Source: Daphnia carinata
Taxonomy: Eukaryota
NCBI RefSeq assembly: GCF_022539665.2
Contig: NC_081331.1
Span: forward strand, 13,950,001 to 14,014,000
Reading direction: 5' to 3'
DNA length: 64,000 nucleotides
Part shown: in pieces, positions 1 through 13,815 of the stretch
Position numbering within the stretch: position 1 is the stretch's first letter
Layout: each line of letters starts with the position of its first letter
Notes under the pieces: model-generated
What the model was told of the DNA's origin: nothing
Seen by the model: the letters and a program-made list of their open reading frames with translations, nothing else
The model's database searches: none
Made by a program: the position numbers and the translations under genes

Positions 1-137
1 ATCGATGAGTGAACTAGGCCACAATGTTGTGTATACACCCTCGTTACGTTTCGTTTATCCGTCGTGGTATATAAAGGCGCGTGTGGGCTACGCAGAAATC
101 AGTTGATCATTTGTTCCTCATCGCCACCTGAACCAAC

Positions 138-805
138 ATGAAACTGGTAAACATTTCGTTTGTAAATTGTGGAATTCGTTTTTTTTTTTTTTTTTACCAT
201 CCAAAAAGGCATACGTAAACCTGCGAATAGGTAGACAGGTTTTTAGTAAGACAAAAAAAAGGAGTTTAAAACTTGTTCCCGTTGTCTAGTTTGAACTGAT
301 TTGGTTGGGCCGAGTCAAGGGAAATCCCCGTTTGATTTTCTTTTTTTCTCTTCCTAATCCATTTGTTACAAATCCAATAGTTTGTGATCGCTGCCGTCTT
401 GGCTGTGGCTGTTGCTGCTCCATCCGGATACAAAGGTCCTGCCATCACCATCACTGCCCAGTCTGACGTCCGTAACGCTGACGGAAGTAGCCAATGGAGG
501 TAAACTATACGTTTATTTCGAATATCAAACGCCTGTTTAAACTAACTAAAAATGAATGAACCTGTTCCAGTTATGCCGGCTCTGACGGTACCACTCGTGA
601 GGAATCTCAAGCCCAGTTGCCCGGTGGAAAGGACTACGATAACGGAGGTGGTAACACTAACAAGGGAGCTTCGTACTACATCTCACCTGAAGGCCAGAAA
701 ATCAGTTTGACGTGGACAGCTGATCAAAACGGTTTCCTGCCTAAAGGTGATCACTTGCCCGTCGCACCGGCTCTACCTTATTCCCGCAGCGGACTTGGCA
801 TCTAA
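138..805 (+). CDS. Cuticular protein A1 (CPR, RR-1-like), 3 exons
   Basis: Exons 138-146 (MKL), 381-499 (signal peptide, SDVRNADGSSQW) and 571-805 ([32 protein letters not shown]). GT-AG introns, TATATAAA at 68, TCAGTT initiator. Confidence 0.92.
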
Positions 806-2168
806 ATTCATTGACCAGTTGAACCTTGTCCCTCACTTTCATTTTAATATATTGGACCAAATATAATCGATTAAAATAAATGCAACAATCAAATTCGACT
901 TTTCATTTGAGGTCGAAATCCAATGTCAGGTTTTGGTAATACACTTTTGCCAAATGATTTCCAGTTAACTATGGAATGGGTTTAAATCAATAATGCATAC
1001 CCATTGAAACGCAATTATTCGTGTGAGACGTGATCAGATTTCATCAGCTTGTTTGCAATCAATTTTTAATTCTACGCAATGTGATTAACATTGCGTAGAA
1101 TGTTAATCACGCAATGAGTGCGTGATTAATTTCTATCACGATTTAGTTTCTCCGATTTGCTTCGTTTTTCATGAGACTTTCAAATACACGTGATTACATC
1201 TGCAGACTCATTGCGTTTCTAAAACGCTTCGTTTTAGGAATTTTCAATGTGTCTCGATGCGGACGGACGCACAACAATCTTTTTTATTAGCCAAGTATTT
1301 CCGGGGGAAAACATAAAAAAAAAAAAAACGAGGGTTCGTAAAGTCAAGAAACTTTCGCCAGTTTCACCGAAGTACGCTTCGTTTATTCGGATTCTATTGT
1401 GACGTCGCACGTGACGTTGAATTCCAAATGTTTAGCACATAAAAATCGACAGACATTGAAGACCGGAAGCTAACGTGTTACTCGATTTCATCAGAAAGGA
1501 AACAATAACCTTATAAAGTTGCTACTTTGTCGCCAATCAAGATGGCACGAGGCCCTATTTTCCTTTTTTTTCTTCTAGATTTCATTTATTATTGTCATTT
1601 ACCACATTTGCTACTCACAAGATTTCTTTTTTTTTTATTCGCTTTCTTCGAGCTTTTTCTTTTTTCCCATTTCACCGTAACACGATAATCCCAACACGCA
1701 TATACACAGCCACCAACGGCAATTTGATAGTTTAACCTTTTAATTCATAATGGGAGGCGAAAGGTTTTGGAGTATGTACAGAATTGATTAGGCTTGACGA
1801 TTACAACATAAGCAAACACAAATAAAAACAATTAAGAAACACAATTAAAAGGCACATTTTTATCACATTTGAAAGAAAGTTGGGGGGCTGAGGCGAGAAC
1901 GATTTCACGCAATGATCGGAGCGTATAAAGAAGTGGGTGCGGTCTGCTATGAGGATGCGTGGCCACCCGGCAAAAAATTTTGGTGACAAAACAGACCAGG
2001 AAAAAACAAACAGAAGGAGGAACATTTAGCGAACAGAAGTAGACCAAAGCGATAATCATTACACCTTTCCGTTTCGACCATCCTCCGTCTGGTATATAAA
2101 GCTGTGCGTGAGGACCACAGAAATCATCAGTTGTTTACATTTGTTCTACCAACCAACAACCCCTCAAC

Positions 2169-3025
2169 ATGCAATTGGTAAGCAAACAATTTTTCCTACT
2201 CATTTTCTTCGTAAAGCAGTGCGACAGGAATACATGGCGGAAAACATAAGTCTCTAACGTTTAAAACACCATTGCAGTTGTTCTTCATTGACAAAGCCAG
2301 GAAGTTGTTCTAGTTTTCGTGAAAATGTTCAAATTCAAAGTCGAAAACAAGTTGCAAGGGCTTCCCATAAACGGGTTTTACCATCTAAACAGATGGTTGA
2401 GTATCCCGCGTTTCATCCGCACTTTCACGGGAACAAAAGGGTCGATTTTTATAATTTTTTGGCAAATGTTCCATAAGGAAAAACAAAAGAGAAAAGGATT
2501 TTAACATTAAAACCTGTTTGTGAAACCAACAGTTTCTGTTCGCCACCCTCTTGGCTATGGCTGCCGCCGTTCCATCCGGTACTCCTTACGCTGGATACAA
2601 GGCTCCTGCTATTGCTATTGTTGCTCAATCCGACGTCCGCAATGGTGACGGAAGTAGCCAATGGAGGTGATCATCCCTTTGAAATCTTAAAAATAAAAGT
2701 TCCTTATAATCTTTGAGCTTCCGTGTGTCTCCCATATAGCTATGCTGGATCTGACGGAACTACTCGCGAAGAATCCCAGGCCCAGAAGTCCGTTCCAGGC
2801 TACAAGGACTCTTACGGCAAAGACTACGAATCCGGGGCTGGAAACACCAACAGAGGATCTTCCTATTACGTCTCACCTGAAGGACAGAAGATCAGTTTGA
2901 CCTGGGTCGCTGATGAAGGTGGATTCCAACCCAAGGGTGACCACCTTCCCGTTGCTCCCGTTCACGTTTACGAACTCCCAGTTGCTCCCGCTCTTCCTTA
3001 TTCCCGCACTGGACCTGGATACTAA
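2169..3025 (+). CDS. Cuticular protein A2 (CPR, RR-1-like)
   Basis: Exons 2169-2177 (MQL), 2533-2666 and 2740-3025. R&R motif [32 protein letters not shown]. Confidence 0.92.
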
Positions 3026-3773
3026 GAAACCAAAGAAAGCTCAACACTATTTTCTTCAATCTTCTTTATTTGCATAATGTCGAGTAATGCGGCATATTTT
3101 AATGGACCCGCATCTATCGATTGCCGAGATAATATATTTTTTTCGGATGTTAACATTCAAGCTGTACTTTTTATCGTAATCTCCCTATACAGCAACCGTG
3201 ATCGGACCTTTCTCAACACTCCCCCACCTTTTCCTTCAGTTCAAATACTAATGGCTTTGAATCGTTGTTGCATCGAGGAATAATTGAAAAATATCGTGTG
3301 ACCTTTTGATACCAATAAATAGCCAATTGAACATAACTATTGCATCTTACTTCTCATTATAAACAAAAAGCCATTCCGTACTTCAAGGCAATTGTCTGTA
3401 CAGACAAAGAAATTTGAACAGCGTTTTTTGGAACGTCAATGACGGCCGCATTCGTGATAAATGCAACATGGTCGGCTGAAGCGTAACGTGTAATGCTTTT
3501 AATATCCCCGTTGGCTATAGTGAAATTTGAATGTTAAAAGAATAAGAGTCTGGATATGGGACACGAAACTGCAGCACAAGCCGTATAGAATACGTTTTTT
3601 TACGTTCACTATGGAACAGAAGAGAACAAAAGCCGTTGCGGTTATGGCCAATCCTTTTGTGTTGTGCAACAATTAGGCCAATTGAAGGCAGGCAGGCCCT
3701 TTCGCCGAGTATATAAGCCCGCCTACACCGGCCCTAAGAGCATCAGTTGTTCAACTCATCCACTCGACTCAAC

Positions 3774-4345
3774 ATGAAATTGGTAAACACGACTCGCTGG
3801 ATTTTTGCTCCGTTTTACAACACATTATCATCATCTTAAATTTTACTTTCATTTTGTTTTCCTATAGTTTATCATCGCCGCTGTCTTGGCTTTGGCCGCC
3901 GCTGCTCCGTCCAGCTACAAGCCGGAATACAAAGCTCCCGAAATCACCATCGTCAGCCAATCCGATGTTCGCAACGTTGACGGCAGCGGTGCATGGAGGT
4001 AATGTTTAACGTAAATTTACAACGCAATCTGTTTCACAATAATAATTCAATATCATTCGTAGCTACGGTGGATCTGACGGTACCACCCGTGACGAGTCCT
4101 ACGCCCAGAAGCAAATCTCTTCGCCATCCAGCTACGGCAAAGATGCTTACGGCAAAGACACTTACGAAAAGGAATCCGGGGCTGGCCACACCAACAAGGG
4201 AAACTCTTACTGGGTCTCTCCCGAAGGCCAGCGCTTCACTCTGACCTGGGCCGCCGATGAGGCCGGTTTCCAACCCAAGGGTGAACACTTGCCCGTTGCT
4301 CCAGTCCACATTCCTTTCGACGGCAAGGGCTTCAAGATCTATTAA
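3774..4345 (+). CDS. Cuticular protein A3 (CPR, RR-1-like)
   Basis: Exons 3774-3782, 3868-3998 and 4063-4345. GNSYWVSPEGQRFTLTWAADEAGFQPKGEHLP; ends HIPFDGKGFKIY. Confidence 0.92.
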
Positions 4346-5572
4346 ATGAGCCCTGTCATTGAACTTCGAAGACCTTGTCAACTTGATTTGTAACCGTCCT
4401 AAATTATTGATGTGTAAAATAAATGCAAAATCAAACTCGCAATGCAGAATCAAGAGAAATCATTTGTACATGATGTGCGTAAACATTAAGGTGAAACAGG
4501 TGGGCAGTTTACCTTCGTAAAAGGAAAATGAAAGCGTCGTGTGGAAGAGAGAACTATAACAGGCTAATGTTTTTGCTTACTGAATCAAGTCTCATTTCTC
4601 CTTTCTCTTGTTCCTCTCCATCAAAGCCAAGGGGTTAGTGGCACTTGATTTGTCGTTCGCAGAATTATGGAAACATGAATAAGATTTTCTTTTACGAAAT
4701 TGTTTTTTACTCCTCGTTCCAGTTTTAAATGCTCTTGTTTACGACGACCATCGTTGAACGAAGGTTTTCTCGGCCTTGGCGATTTAACCGAGGCTACGTA
4801 ATAAAAAAAAATATCAAAGGCATAAATTAGTTTAGGTATGTTTGACGTTAGGGTTTGGCACGAAGGGAAACAGCGTTATGAATATGTGATACACAATTGT
4901 TGAATTGATCTCAATGCCCTTGTTACTTTAAGGTTGTGCGAACCGGTTTTGCCAATTATGTTCATTAATCTCATTGGTTCTATTTCACGTTATGGTTTGA
5001 CATACTAATTAATGCCAGCAGACAAACAAAGTTGAACGTCCTAAACGATTAATTCATTGTTTTTCAGCTGTTTTTTTCTCAGATTTACGTAATCGACCTT
5101 GTCCCCGCCAACACACATTCGCGCCACACCTTTAAGCTTTGCTTCAAACATTAATCAATATCTTCGACCCAAGGAAAGCCAAAAATGTATTTGATTAAGA
5201 ACATTCAAAACATTCAAAAACATTATTTTGTACTACTTGCCAATGGAGCTCATCAGTTTTCATCAACGGTAAATAGTATGGGAGAGCGTGGAATAATAAG
5301 CCGAAAACATATAATTTTAAGCAAAACAGTTCAAGTAAATGTTGGCGATGAGAACAGTGAAATTTGATGAATCAAGGGGCGTTGCCTGGCTCACGAATGA
5401 CTTACGGAAAAGAGTGAAATGGCCCACCGCTCGACTGCTGCCTGCGTGTACAAAAATTGGGTCAACAAAGCAATGAAAGTGTTGAAGCAGCGCTCCCTTC
5501 GCCGACTATATAAACTCGTCCACAGTCGTTCCAAGTCATCAGTTGTTCAACTCGTCATCCCAAAACAACATC

Positions 5573-6241
5573 ATGAAACTGGTAAAACAATTTCTTCGCT
5601 ATATACGCCTTTCAACATTTAATCCTGAAAACCTTTTCTCTTATTTTTAACAGTTCATCGTCGCCGCCGTCTTGGCTGTTGCTGCCGCCGCTCCTTCCAG
5701 CTACGAGCCGGCCTACAAAGCCCCTGCTCCCTATGGCGCTCCTAGCTACAAGGATAACAAGTACGCCGACATCAAGGTGACCAGCCAATCTGATGAGCGC
5801 AACATCGATGGCAGCGGTGCATGGAGGTATTTTATCCACACTATTTTTACTTCCCTTTTTTTCAAATTCAATTCAGCTTTGCAATTTGCTTTAACCTGAA
5901 ATTGTAATTTGTTTCTTAGCTACGCCCAGTCTGACTACACCACCCGTGACGAGTCGTACGCCCAGAAGAAATTCCAAGGCAAAACCTACGACTCTTACGG
6001 CAAAGAATCCTACGGTGAAGTCCACGGCAACACCAACAAGGGAGCTTCCTACTGGATTTCCCCAGAAGGCGAGCGATTCACTTTAACCTGGGCTGCCGAT
6101 GAGGCCGGTTTCGCTCCCAAGGGTGACCACTTGCCCGTTGCTCCCGTCCACGTCTACGAACTTCCAGTGGCCCCAGTCCATGAGTACGTTCTCCCCGTTG
6201 CCCCCGCCCTCCCCTACAAACGCACCGGACTCGGCTATTAA
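5573..6241 (+). CDS. Cuticular protein A4 (CPR, RR-1-like)
   Basis: Exons 5573-5581, 5654-5826 and 5920-6241. R&R motif plus two PVAPVHxYxL units. Confidence 0.93.
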
Positions 6242-8296
6242 AATCCTGAATCGAACTGTATTTGTACGGGAGACACCCAAATATCGTGTCATCTATCCTA
6301 GAACTGTACCAATGTAATTTATTGGTGAGAAAAAAAATATATTTTACCTGCGCTCACGTTCAAAAAATGTCTAGCAACGCCTTTCGTTTATTTCAAAAGA
6401 ACTCGGGAATGTTTATTAGCTCAATAAAGTTTCTCCCCCCTGAGAACGTTGTTTAACACATAAAGCTCTTTCGGGGTCTGTAAACATCAAGTTGTGATGT
6501 TAAATGATACTTACGAATTTGGACTAGGGTTTTCCCATATCAACGCTAGAAAGTTGGGCAATGCGCAAAGGCAAAAGAGCGATGAAGAATTTTCGAGTGA
6601 GAAACCTTGACGCTTTCTCGAGTGTCATGCAACAAAATATGTGCAAATTAAATTCTTTTGTAGTAGGTGGCAAACTTGATTTTTGCTTTTCAAAGAAACG
6701 TAATCATGTCCAACGTCCAAAGGGACCACCTTCGTCAAGATCTTACTTCCAAGCGCTGATGGCATTTCATTTTTGCATAAGGTCGTCCTATTCCTAATCG
6801 ATTCCGCAATGCTTTGCGATTATTGCAAAAACACAATTGTTTCAATCTCTATTGAAAACTGTTCCGGGACATTGGCCATACGGATAATGAATTTTCGTTT
6901 CCCTTTTTTATTTGAAACAGGTTTGCAATCATTTTTGGAACGCGGGAAATGGTGGATGTTGCAGAGGTGACGACACTGATTGGATGGCCATGGCCTTAAT
7001 TGAATATTCATTAAAGAAATCGGAATTACGGATGCTGTCGGTTGAGTTTAGGCTATCACGAAATCAGGGATTGTCTTTCATTTGCAGCAAAAACCAAAGA
7101 AACGCTTTGTACCCGCAGCAGGGGAGAGATTTTGATGATTCGATGACCCTGGCCTGAAAGTCTGGAGCATAACAATGAAAAATTTGCCTATAGAGCGAGA
7201 TTTCACGCAACGTTGTAAAACAAAAAACAAATGCGCGCTTTCCAAATATGAGCCATCGGTTTGTCTGGTAATATTGCGTTGACTTACGATGAACGCACAC
7301 CGAGTGCAGCCACTTTCTATTCAGCTTCATAATATTTTCAACGAATCACTATATATTCGGCGTGATTTGACGGTGACATGTTTATCATTATGGCTCATCA
7401 TAACGAGAATTTAAAAATAGAATAACTTAGATTTCTTCAATGAAATCTTTGTGTATGGCTATTGGAAGGCCGGTGTGATTTTTGCGAAAGCGAATCACGG
7501 GTGAAAGTCACGGACATTCGACGCACCTTTTATGGGAGTTTGAACAACAGAAAACAGACGTCTTTGCAGACTCGGTGTCTGACGCAACGGATCGACTGGT
7601 GGAGGAACTTGTTGGTGCATTTGGCTCTAAAGGAGAGAGCGTTAAGTGATGCTGTTATTTTTTTCTTGCCACGGTGTTGCTAAAAAAAAAAAATAATTCA
7701 GGTAGACTCGTTTAATATCAGCGGCCCAGAACTTTGCCGTGGGCTTACCTCTGGTGAAACGGTAGTTGCGCTCTGCGCATTTTGAATGCAATTAGATTGC
7801 AAACATATGTTTTATTTATAGTAAATATCAGTTTCACCCGTAAAAAGGGAACACTTTCGACGATGATTTTACCTTGTATAATTATTACACGTATTACACT
7901 TGGTGGTTTGAAGCTCTGCGTGTGGGCGTGCAGCTTGAAAAAGGGCGTGGTAGATATGGCCAAGAAGTACTGCTCAAGAGCTGAAGAACAACAGATGAAC
8001 AGTTAGGCATAGGGACGGAAAGATTCGCATTAAACATTGCTTTAAGATGGGATTGAAATGTCTAAGCTCAATGAGCACTGAAATCAAGTAGAGCTGTAAT
8101 GTTTTAGCCCTCTCCAGCTTTTCTCTTATATGTTCAGCAGCTAACTCGGACATTGTAATTATAATGATTAAAAGTTGCAAAATTATTTGATAGTCTTCGC
8201 GTTATATTTCCTCGTGTTTCACACCAGCAACACAAAAAGTATTAAGGCATAAAACACATGGATTTAAATTATTCTTTCGATCGGGTTTTCAATAAC

Positions 8297-9026
8297 TTAG
8301 TAGATCTTGTAGCCTTTGCCGTTGAATGGGGGGAGAGCGGGGGCAACGGGGAGAACGTATTCGTGGACGGGAGCGACTGGGAGCTCGTAGACGTGGACGG
8401 GGGCAACGGGCAAGTGGTCACCCTTGGGCTGGAAACCGGCCTCATCAGCAACCCAGGTCAAAGTGAATCGCTGGCCCTCTGGAGAGATCCAGTAAGAGGA
8501 TCCTTTGTTGGTGTTACCGTAGACATCACCGTACGATTCTTTGCCATAAGAGTCGTAGGTAACTCCTTGGAATTTCTTCTGGGCGTAGGACTCATCACGG
8601 GTGGTGTAGTCAGACTGGGCGTAGCTAAGAAACAAATTGCAATTTCAGGTTGAAGCACATTGCGATCTCAATGTTCAGGTTAAATGTTTAAAAAGCGATG
8701 AAATACCTCCATGCACCACTGCCATCGATGTTGCGCTCGTCGGATTGGCTGGTGACGGTGATGTCGGCGTACTTGTTGTCCTTGTAGGCTGGTGCAGAGT
8801 AGGCAGGTGCGGGGTAGGCGGGTGCGGAGTAAGCTGGTGCGGAGTAGGCTGGAGCAGGGTACTTCGGTGCAGAGTAGCTCGGGGTCGGGTAGCTGGGAGC
8901 CTTGTAGCTGGAAGGGGCAGCGGCAGCAACGGCCAAGAGAGCGGCGATGATGAACTGCAATAGACATTTGACAATGAGCAAGAATTGAAATGAGTTTGAT
9001 GATTTATTGTTGCTCACCAGCTTCAT
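8297..9026 (-). CDS. Cuticular protein A5 (CPR, RR-1-like) with YxAPA repeats
   Basis: MKL mini-exon at 9018-9026, exon 2 with YSAPA/YPAPA repeats, intron 2 at 8625-8706, R&R motif in exon 3. Confidence 0.93.
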
Positions 9027-9944
9027 GTTGAATTCGGTTGAATGAAACAACTGATACAGCCAGTCTGTGAAACCCGAGCTTATATAGTCGGTGAATGGAA
9101 ATACGTGATCACCCATGAAATGACCCAATTTTTCACCAACTTACATTTTCATTCGGCTATGCGTGAATGTACGCATAGCTAGCCCTTCGAATCCCTTCAC
9201 TTTGCCAATCCAGTTTAGATAAAGTATAATTCATTATGAAAAGCTTAAATTTCTTCTGACCATCTCAAGTAAATCGTGATTGGTACACTTGATCGACTTT
9301 CCTATAGGCTATAGGTTATGATAGTTACTTGGATCCTGAATAGAATGACCATCACCTAAATCCACTAGTCCAAAATCTAGAGCTCAATGACAATTTAATT
9401 CTTCGGACATGGTAAACATTTATCCTTCACCAGAGCAGCCTGTCGCATCAAGGGAATCTGCTTGAATACGACTTCATGCCACCATCAATAAAAATTCAAG
9501 GATTTCACAATGAGATACTATGGAGATTCAAAACAGGCAGTGAAATATAAGCAATTTAAACGATAAATTGTAGAAGCCTAGTTCTAGCACAAGAATGTTG
9601 GGTGTGGTCGATAAAGATCCCATTACTTGCCAGACTTTTTAATCTGAAGTTGACGTATTTGATTTTTGATTGCAAAGAAACAGTTTCGATATGTCATTCG
9701 ATTTCATTTAGAATAGTTTGATGCAGAATTTTTTTTTACAGCAAAGTTATGCTATACATTATGAAATGTTACTAGTGTTCCATGAACTTATGACGTTTAA
9801 TATTAGACGTAACCTTTGAAACTCAATTGTAACGAACTGAAACGAACATGGGTACGTTGATTGCTTTTATATTTACACCACGCAACTGGCATCAAGATAT
9901 AAATTACGGGACATTGCTTAAATATTCAGTTATGTTTCAGAAAT

Positions 9945-10683
9945 CTAGTAGATCTTGTAGCCCTTTCCGTTGAAGGGGATGTGGACGGGGGCGACTGGGA
10001 GTTCGTATTCATGGACGGGGGCAACTGGGAGCTCGTATTCATGGACGGGGGCGACGGGCAAGTGGTCACCTTTGGGTTGGAATCCAGCATCATCAGCGGT
10101 CCAGGTCAAAGTGAATTTCTCGCCTTCAGGTGAAACCCAGTAGGAAGATCCCTTGTTGGTGTTGCCCATAACATCTTCGTAGGTGGCCTTTCCGTAAGAA
10201 TCGTAAGCGACTCCTTGCATCTTCTTCTGGACTTGAGACTCTTCGCGGGTAGTGTAGTCAGACTGGGCGTAGCTGTGAATTGAAACAATTCAGTTTATTA
10301 ATACGCGAATCTTTGATCCTCATATTAATGGGATAATGAATGAAATTGACTTACTTCCATTGGCTGCTGCCATCGAGATTACGTTCATCAGATTGGCTGG
10401 TGACGGTGATGTCAGCGTACTTGTTATCCTTGTAGGCTGGGGCAGAGTAGGCAGGTGCGGGGTAGGCGGGGGCGGAGTAGGCTGGTGCGGGGTAGCTTGG
10501 GGTAGGGTATTTTGGTGCAGGGTAGCTTGGGGTTGGGTAGCTGGGAGCCTTGTAGCTTGCAGCGGCAGCGACGGCCAAGACAGCGGCGATGATGAACTGT
10601 CAGTCAATGTATCAATTAGTTTAAGATCTAACATTTTCTTCAGCTCATTGAAAATTAGGAATCAAATGCCTTACGAGCTTCAT
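9945..10683 (-). CDS. Cuticular protein A6 (CPR, RR-1-like) with YxAPA repeats
   Basis: MKL mini-exon, intron 2 at 10273-10354, [32 protein letters not shown]. Confidence 0.93.
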
Positions 10684-11510
10684 GTTGTACTGGGTTGATT
10701 TGATAAACAACTGATGCTTTCGGTTCTCCATTCCTAGGCTTTTATAGCCAAGTGAATGGTGAATTACATTCAGTTGACCTAGTTGTTTTGGCAGCCAAAT
10801 TTCGTTCAGACTGCTGGTTTGGGCGTTGTGCGAAATTCCTGCACTCTCACCTTTCACATTAGCCACATTGTAACACTGTTTTTTCTTTGGCTAACACTTA
10901 TTTTTTTCCTAGACTGTAATTTGATTGAATTAGTATTAACCTTTTTTTGATTGATGCATTGCAAATTATTTCGTTATCACACAATTTTCCTTCGTGAGCC
11001 CAGCCGCGTTTCTGCCAGGCAGTCAATGTTTTTATGCTTGGAGTGTTTCAACTAAAGGTGGAAACATTTATGCATTCGAACGGAATGTAAACGTGGAATC
11101 TCTTCGAACTTAATACAGGTTTATTCTTTCAGGCTATCCCAGACAGGCAATAATTCCCAATTGATTTCTCAACAACATTCTATAGCTAACACATCTTGGA
11201 AATCACGGAGATGTTCGATTATTTCCTAAGCCCGTCGATCATCAATCGGTGGTGGCAGTAGTTCTCAAGCATATGCATTAGTGTATTTGGTTTTGGGTGA
11301 TATGTGTCGAACGCAATCACGACATTGCGAGAACCACAACCTACGATGCAAATCCTAGTTAGCCATTGAAGGACGGCAATTGTCGTTTTAAAAGTAGGTC
11401 GTGAAACGAAATGAAATAGAAAACGACACGCCCAATATTTCACCGGCTATATAAACCTATCTGGAGGTAATGGAAGGCATCAGTTGTTCAACTCTTCAAC
11501 CGTTCTCAAC

Positions 11511-12277
11511 ATGAAACTTGTAAGCGTCATTTTCTTTTGCTTTTTATTGGCTTACAGTTTCATCGCTTATTGAAACGTTTCAATTTTTATTCGTTTAGTT
11601 TATGATCGCCGCACTCTTGGCCGTTGCTGCCGCTGCCCCTTCCAGCTACAAAAAGGATGTCAAAGCTCCCAGCTACCCTGCCCCAAGCTACTCCGCACCA
11701 AAGTACTCTGCACCAGCCTACTCCGCCCCCGCCTACCCCGCACCAGCCTACTCCGCCCCCGCTTACTCCGCACCAGCTTACTCCGCACCAGCCTACAAAG
11801 ATAACAACTACGCTGACATCACCGTCACCAGCCAATCCGATGTACGCAACCTCGATGGCAGCAGCCAATGGAGGTAAGTCAATTTCATTCATTATCCCAT
11901 TAATATGGGGATTAAAGATTCGCATACTAATAAATTGAATTGTTTCAATTCACAGCTACGCCCAGTCTGACTACACTACCCGCGAAGAGTCCCAAGTTCA
12001 GAAGAAGATGCAAGGAGTCGCTTACGATTCTTACGGAAAGGCCACCTACGAAGATGTTATCGGCAACACCAACAAGGGATCTTCCTACTGGATCTCCCCA
12101 GAAGGCCAGAAATTCACTTTGACTTGGATTGCCGATAAGAACGGATTCCAGCCAAAGGGTGACCACTTGCCCGTTGCTCCCGTCCACGTCTACGAGCTCC
12201 CAGTTGCCCCCGTCCACGAATACGTTCTCCCCGTTGCCCCCGCTCTCCCCTACTCCCGCACTGGACTCGGCTATTAA
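11511..12277 (+). CDS. Cuticular protein A7 (CPR, RR-1-like) with YxAPA repeats
   Basis: MKL mini-exon at 11511, intron 2 at 11874-11955, R&R motif; head-to-head with A6. Confidence 0.93.
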
Positions 12278-13070
12278 ATTCCCCACTTTCGTTAGTGGAA
12301 TCCGAGAACAAATCTGAATGATGTGACACATGTAAATTTAAGTTATTGGTGTCAAATAAACGCAAAATATCTCTTTACATCCATTCAATTTTACATCTGA
12401 GGTCAAATGTGGAACACATTAAGAGTATAAAAAAATATGCAAAGCATTTAAGAAACAGTACCAATCGATAGTCTTTTGTTCTGTAGCGATTTTGTGAATC
12501 AAATAAGTCATCATGATGCAAAAGAAGACTGAAAAAGTTCACGAATTTTTTGAGTGTCGATGCGCATTTCTATAAATAAGTTTATTGCTTTTTAGAGGTA
12601 ATTTTGGGAAGTGCTCCGGCAGGATTTATGAACTTGTTACACATTATCTATGGACTACGTATTGTACTTGGCTTTATTTAGCCAATGGATAAATTTGTTT
12701 CTGCTCATTTGACTAGTCAAACGTATCGGAGAAAACACTTGATGAAAGACGAAGGGATATCATTATGCTTGTATGGTGATGTTTTGCACCTGGATGGATG
12801 GATGAAATTCTACCTGCAATAGACGCATATACGGAAAGCAGAACATCCCATAAGCTCTGAAAGGCAGTGTGTTGCGTTAAACTATTTACGTTGAACTCAT
12901 TGCCTAACGTATCCACTGGCGAAACAGCAGTGTTACCTTTGTGATTCTTCACTGTAATAAGTTGAAAGACACTTGACTATGTTGATTGCATTTATATTTA
13001 CATCACCCATACGATGTTGGGATATAAATTATGGGACATATCTTAAAACATTCAATCGTGTGCCGGAAAT

Positions 13071-13815
13071 CTAGTAGATCTTGTAACCCTTTCCGTTGAA
13101 GGGAATGTGGACGGGGGCAACGGGGAGAACGTATTCGTGGACGGGAGCGACTGGGAGCTCGTAGACGTGGACGGGAGCAACGGGCAAGTGGTCACCCTTA
13201 GGCTGGAAACCGGCCTCATCAGCAACCCAGGTCAAAGTGAACTTCTGACCCTCAGGAGAAATCCAGTAAGAAGATCCTTTGTTGGTGTTTCCCTGGACTT
13301 CACCGTACGATTCTTTGCCATAAGAGTCGTAGGTAACTCCTTGGAATTTCTTCTGGGCGTAGGACTCGTCACGGGTGGTGTAGTCAGACTGGGCGTAGCT
13401 AAGAAACAAATTGCAATTTCAGGTTGAAGCACATTGCGATCTCAATGTTCAGGTTGAATGTTTAAAAAGCGATGAAATACCTCCATGCACCACTTCCATC
13501 GATGTTGCGCTCGTCGGATTGGCTGGTGACGGTGATGTCGGCGTACTTGTTGTCCTTGTAGGCTGGTGCAGAGTAGGCAGGTGCGGGGTAGGCGGGGGCG
13601 GAGTAGGTTGGTGCGGGGTAGCTAGGGGTAGGGTACTTCGGTGCAGGGTAGCTTGGGGTAGGGTAGCTGGGAGCCTTGTAGCTGGAAGGAGCAGCGGCAG
13701 CGACGGCCAAGAGAGCGGCGATGATGAACTATCAACAAAAATAGAAATGAGTATAAAATTTTAAATTCGTTTAACCTCCTTGAGAGTTAGGGATAAATTG
13801 TCTTACGAGCTTCAT
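13071..13815 (-). CDS. Cuticular protein A8 (CPR, RR-1-like) with YxAPA repeats
   Basis: MKL mini-exon, intron 2 at 13399-13480, R&R motif, HIPFNGKGYKIY end. Confidence 0.93.

Noticed and set aside
6560..8100. Exon-like patches between A4 and A5 (e.g. VDSFNISGPELCRGLTSGET near 7702-7761, faintly AAA-ATPase-like)
   Set aside because: I could not assemble a consistent spliced frame. Stops interrupt it, and the similarity is too short to support without a search.
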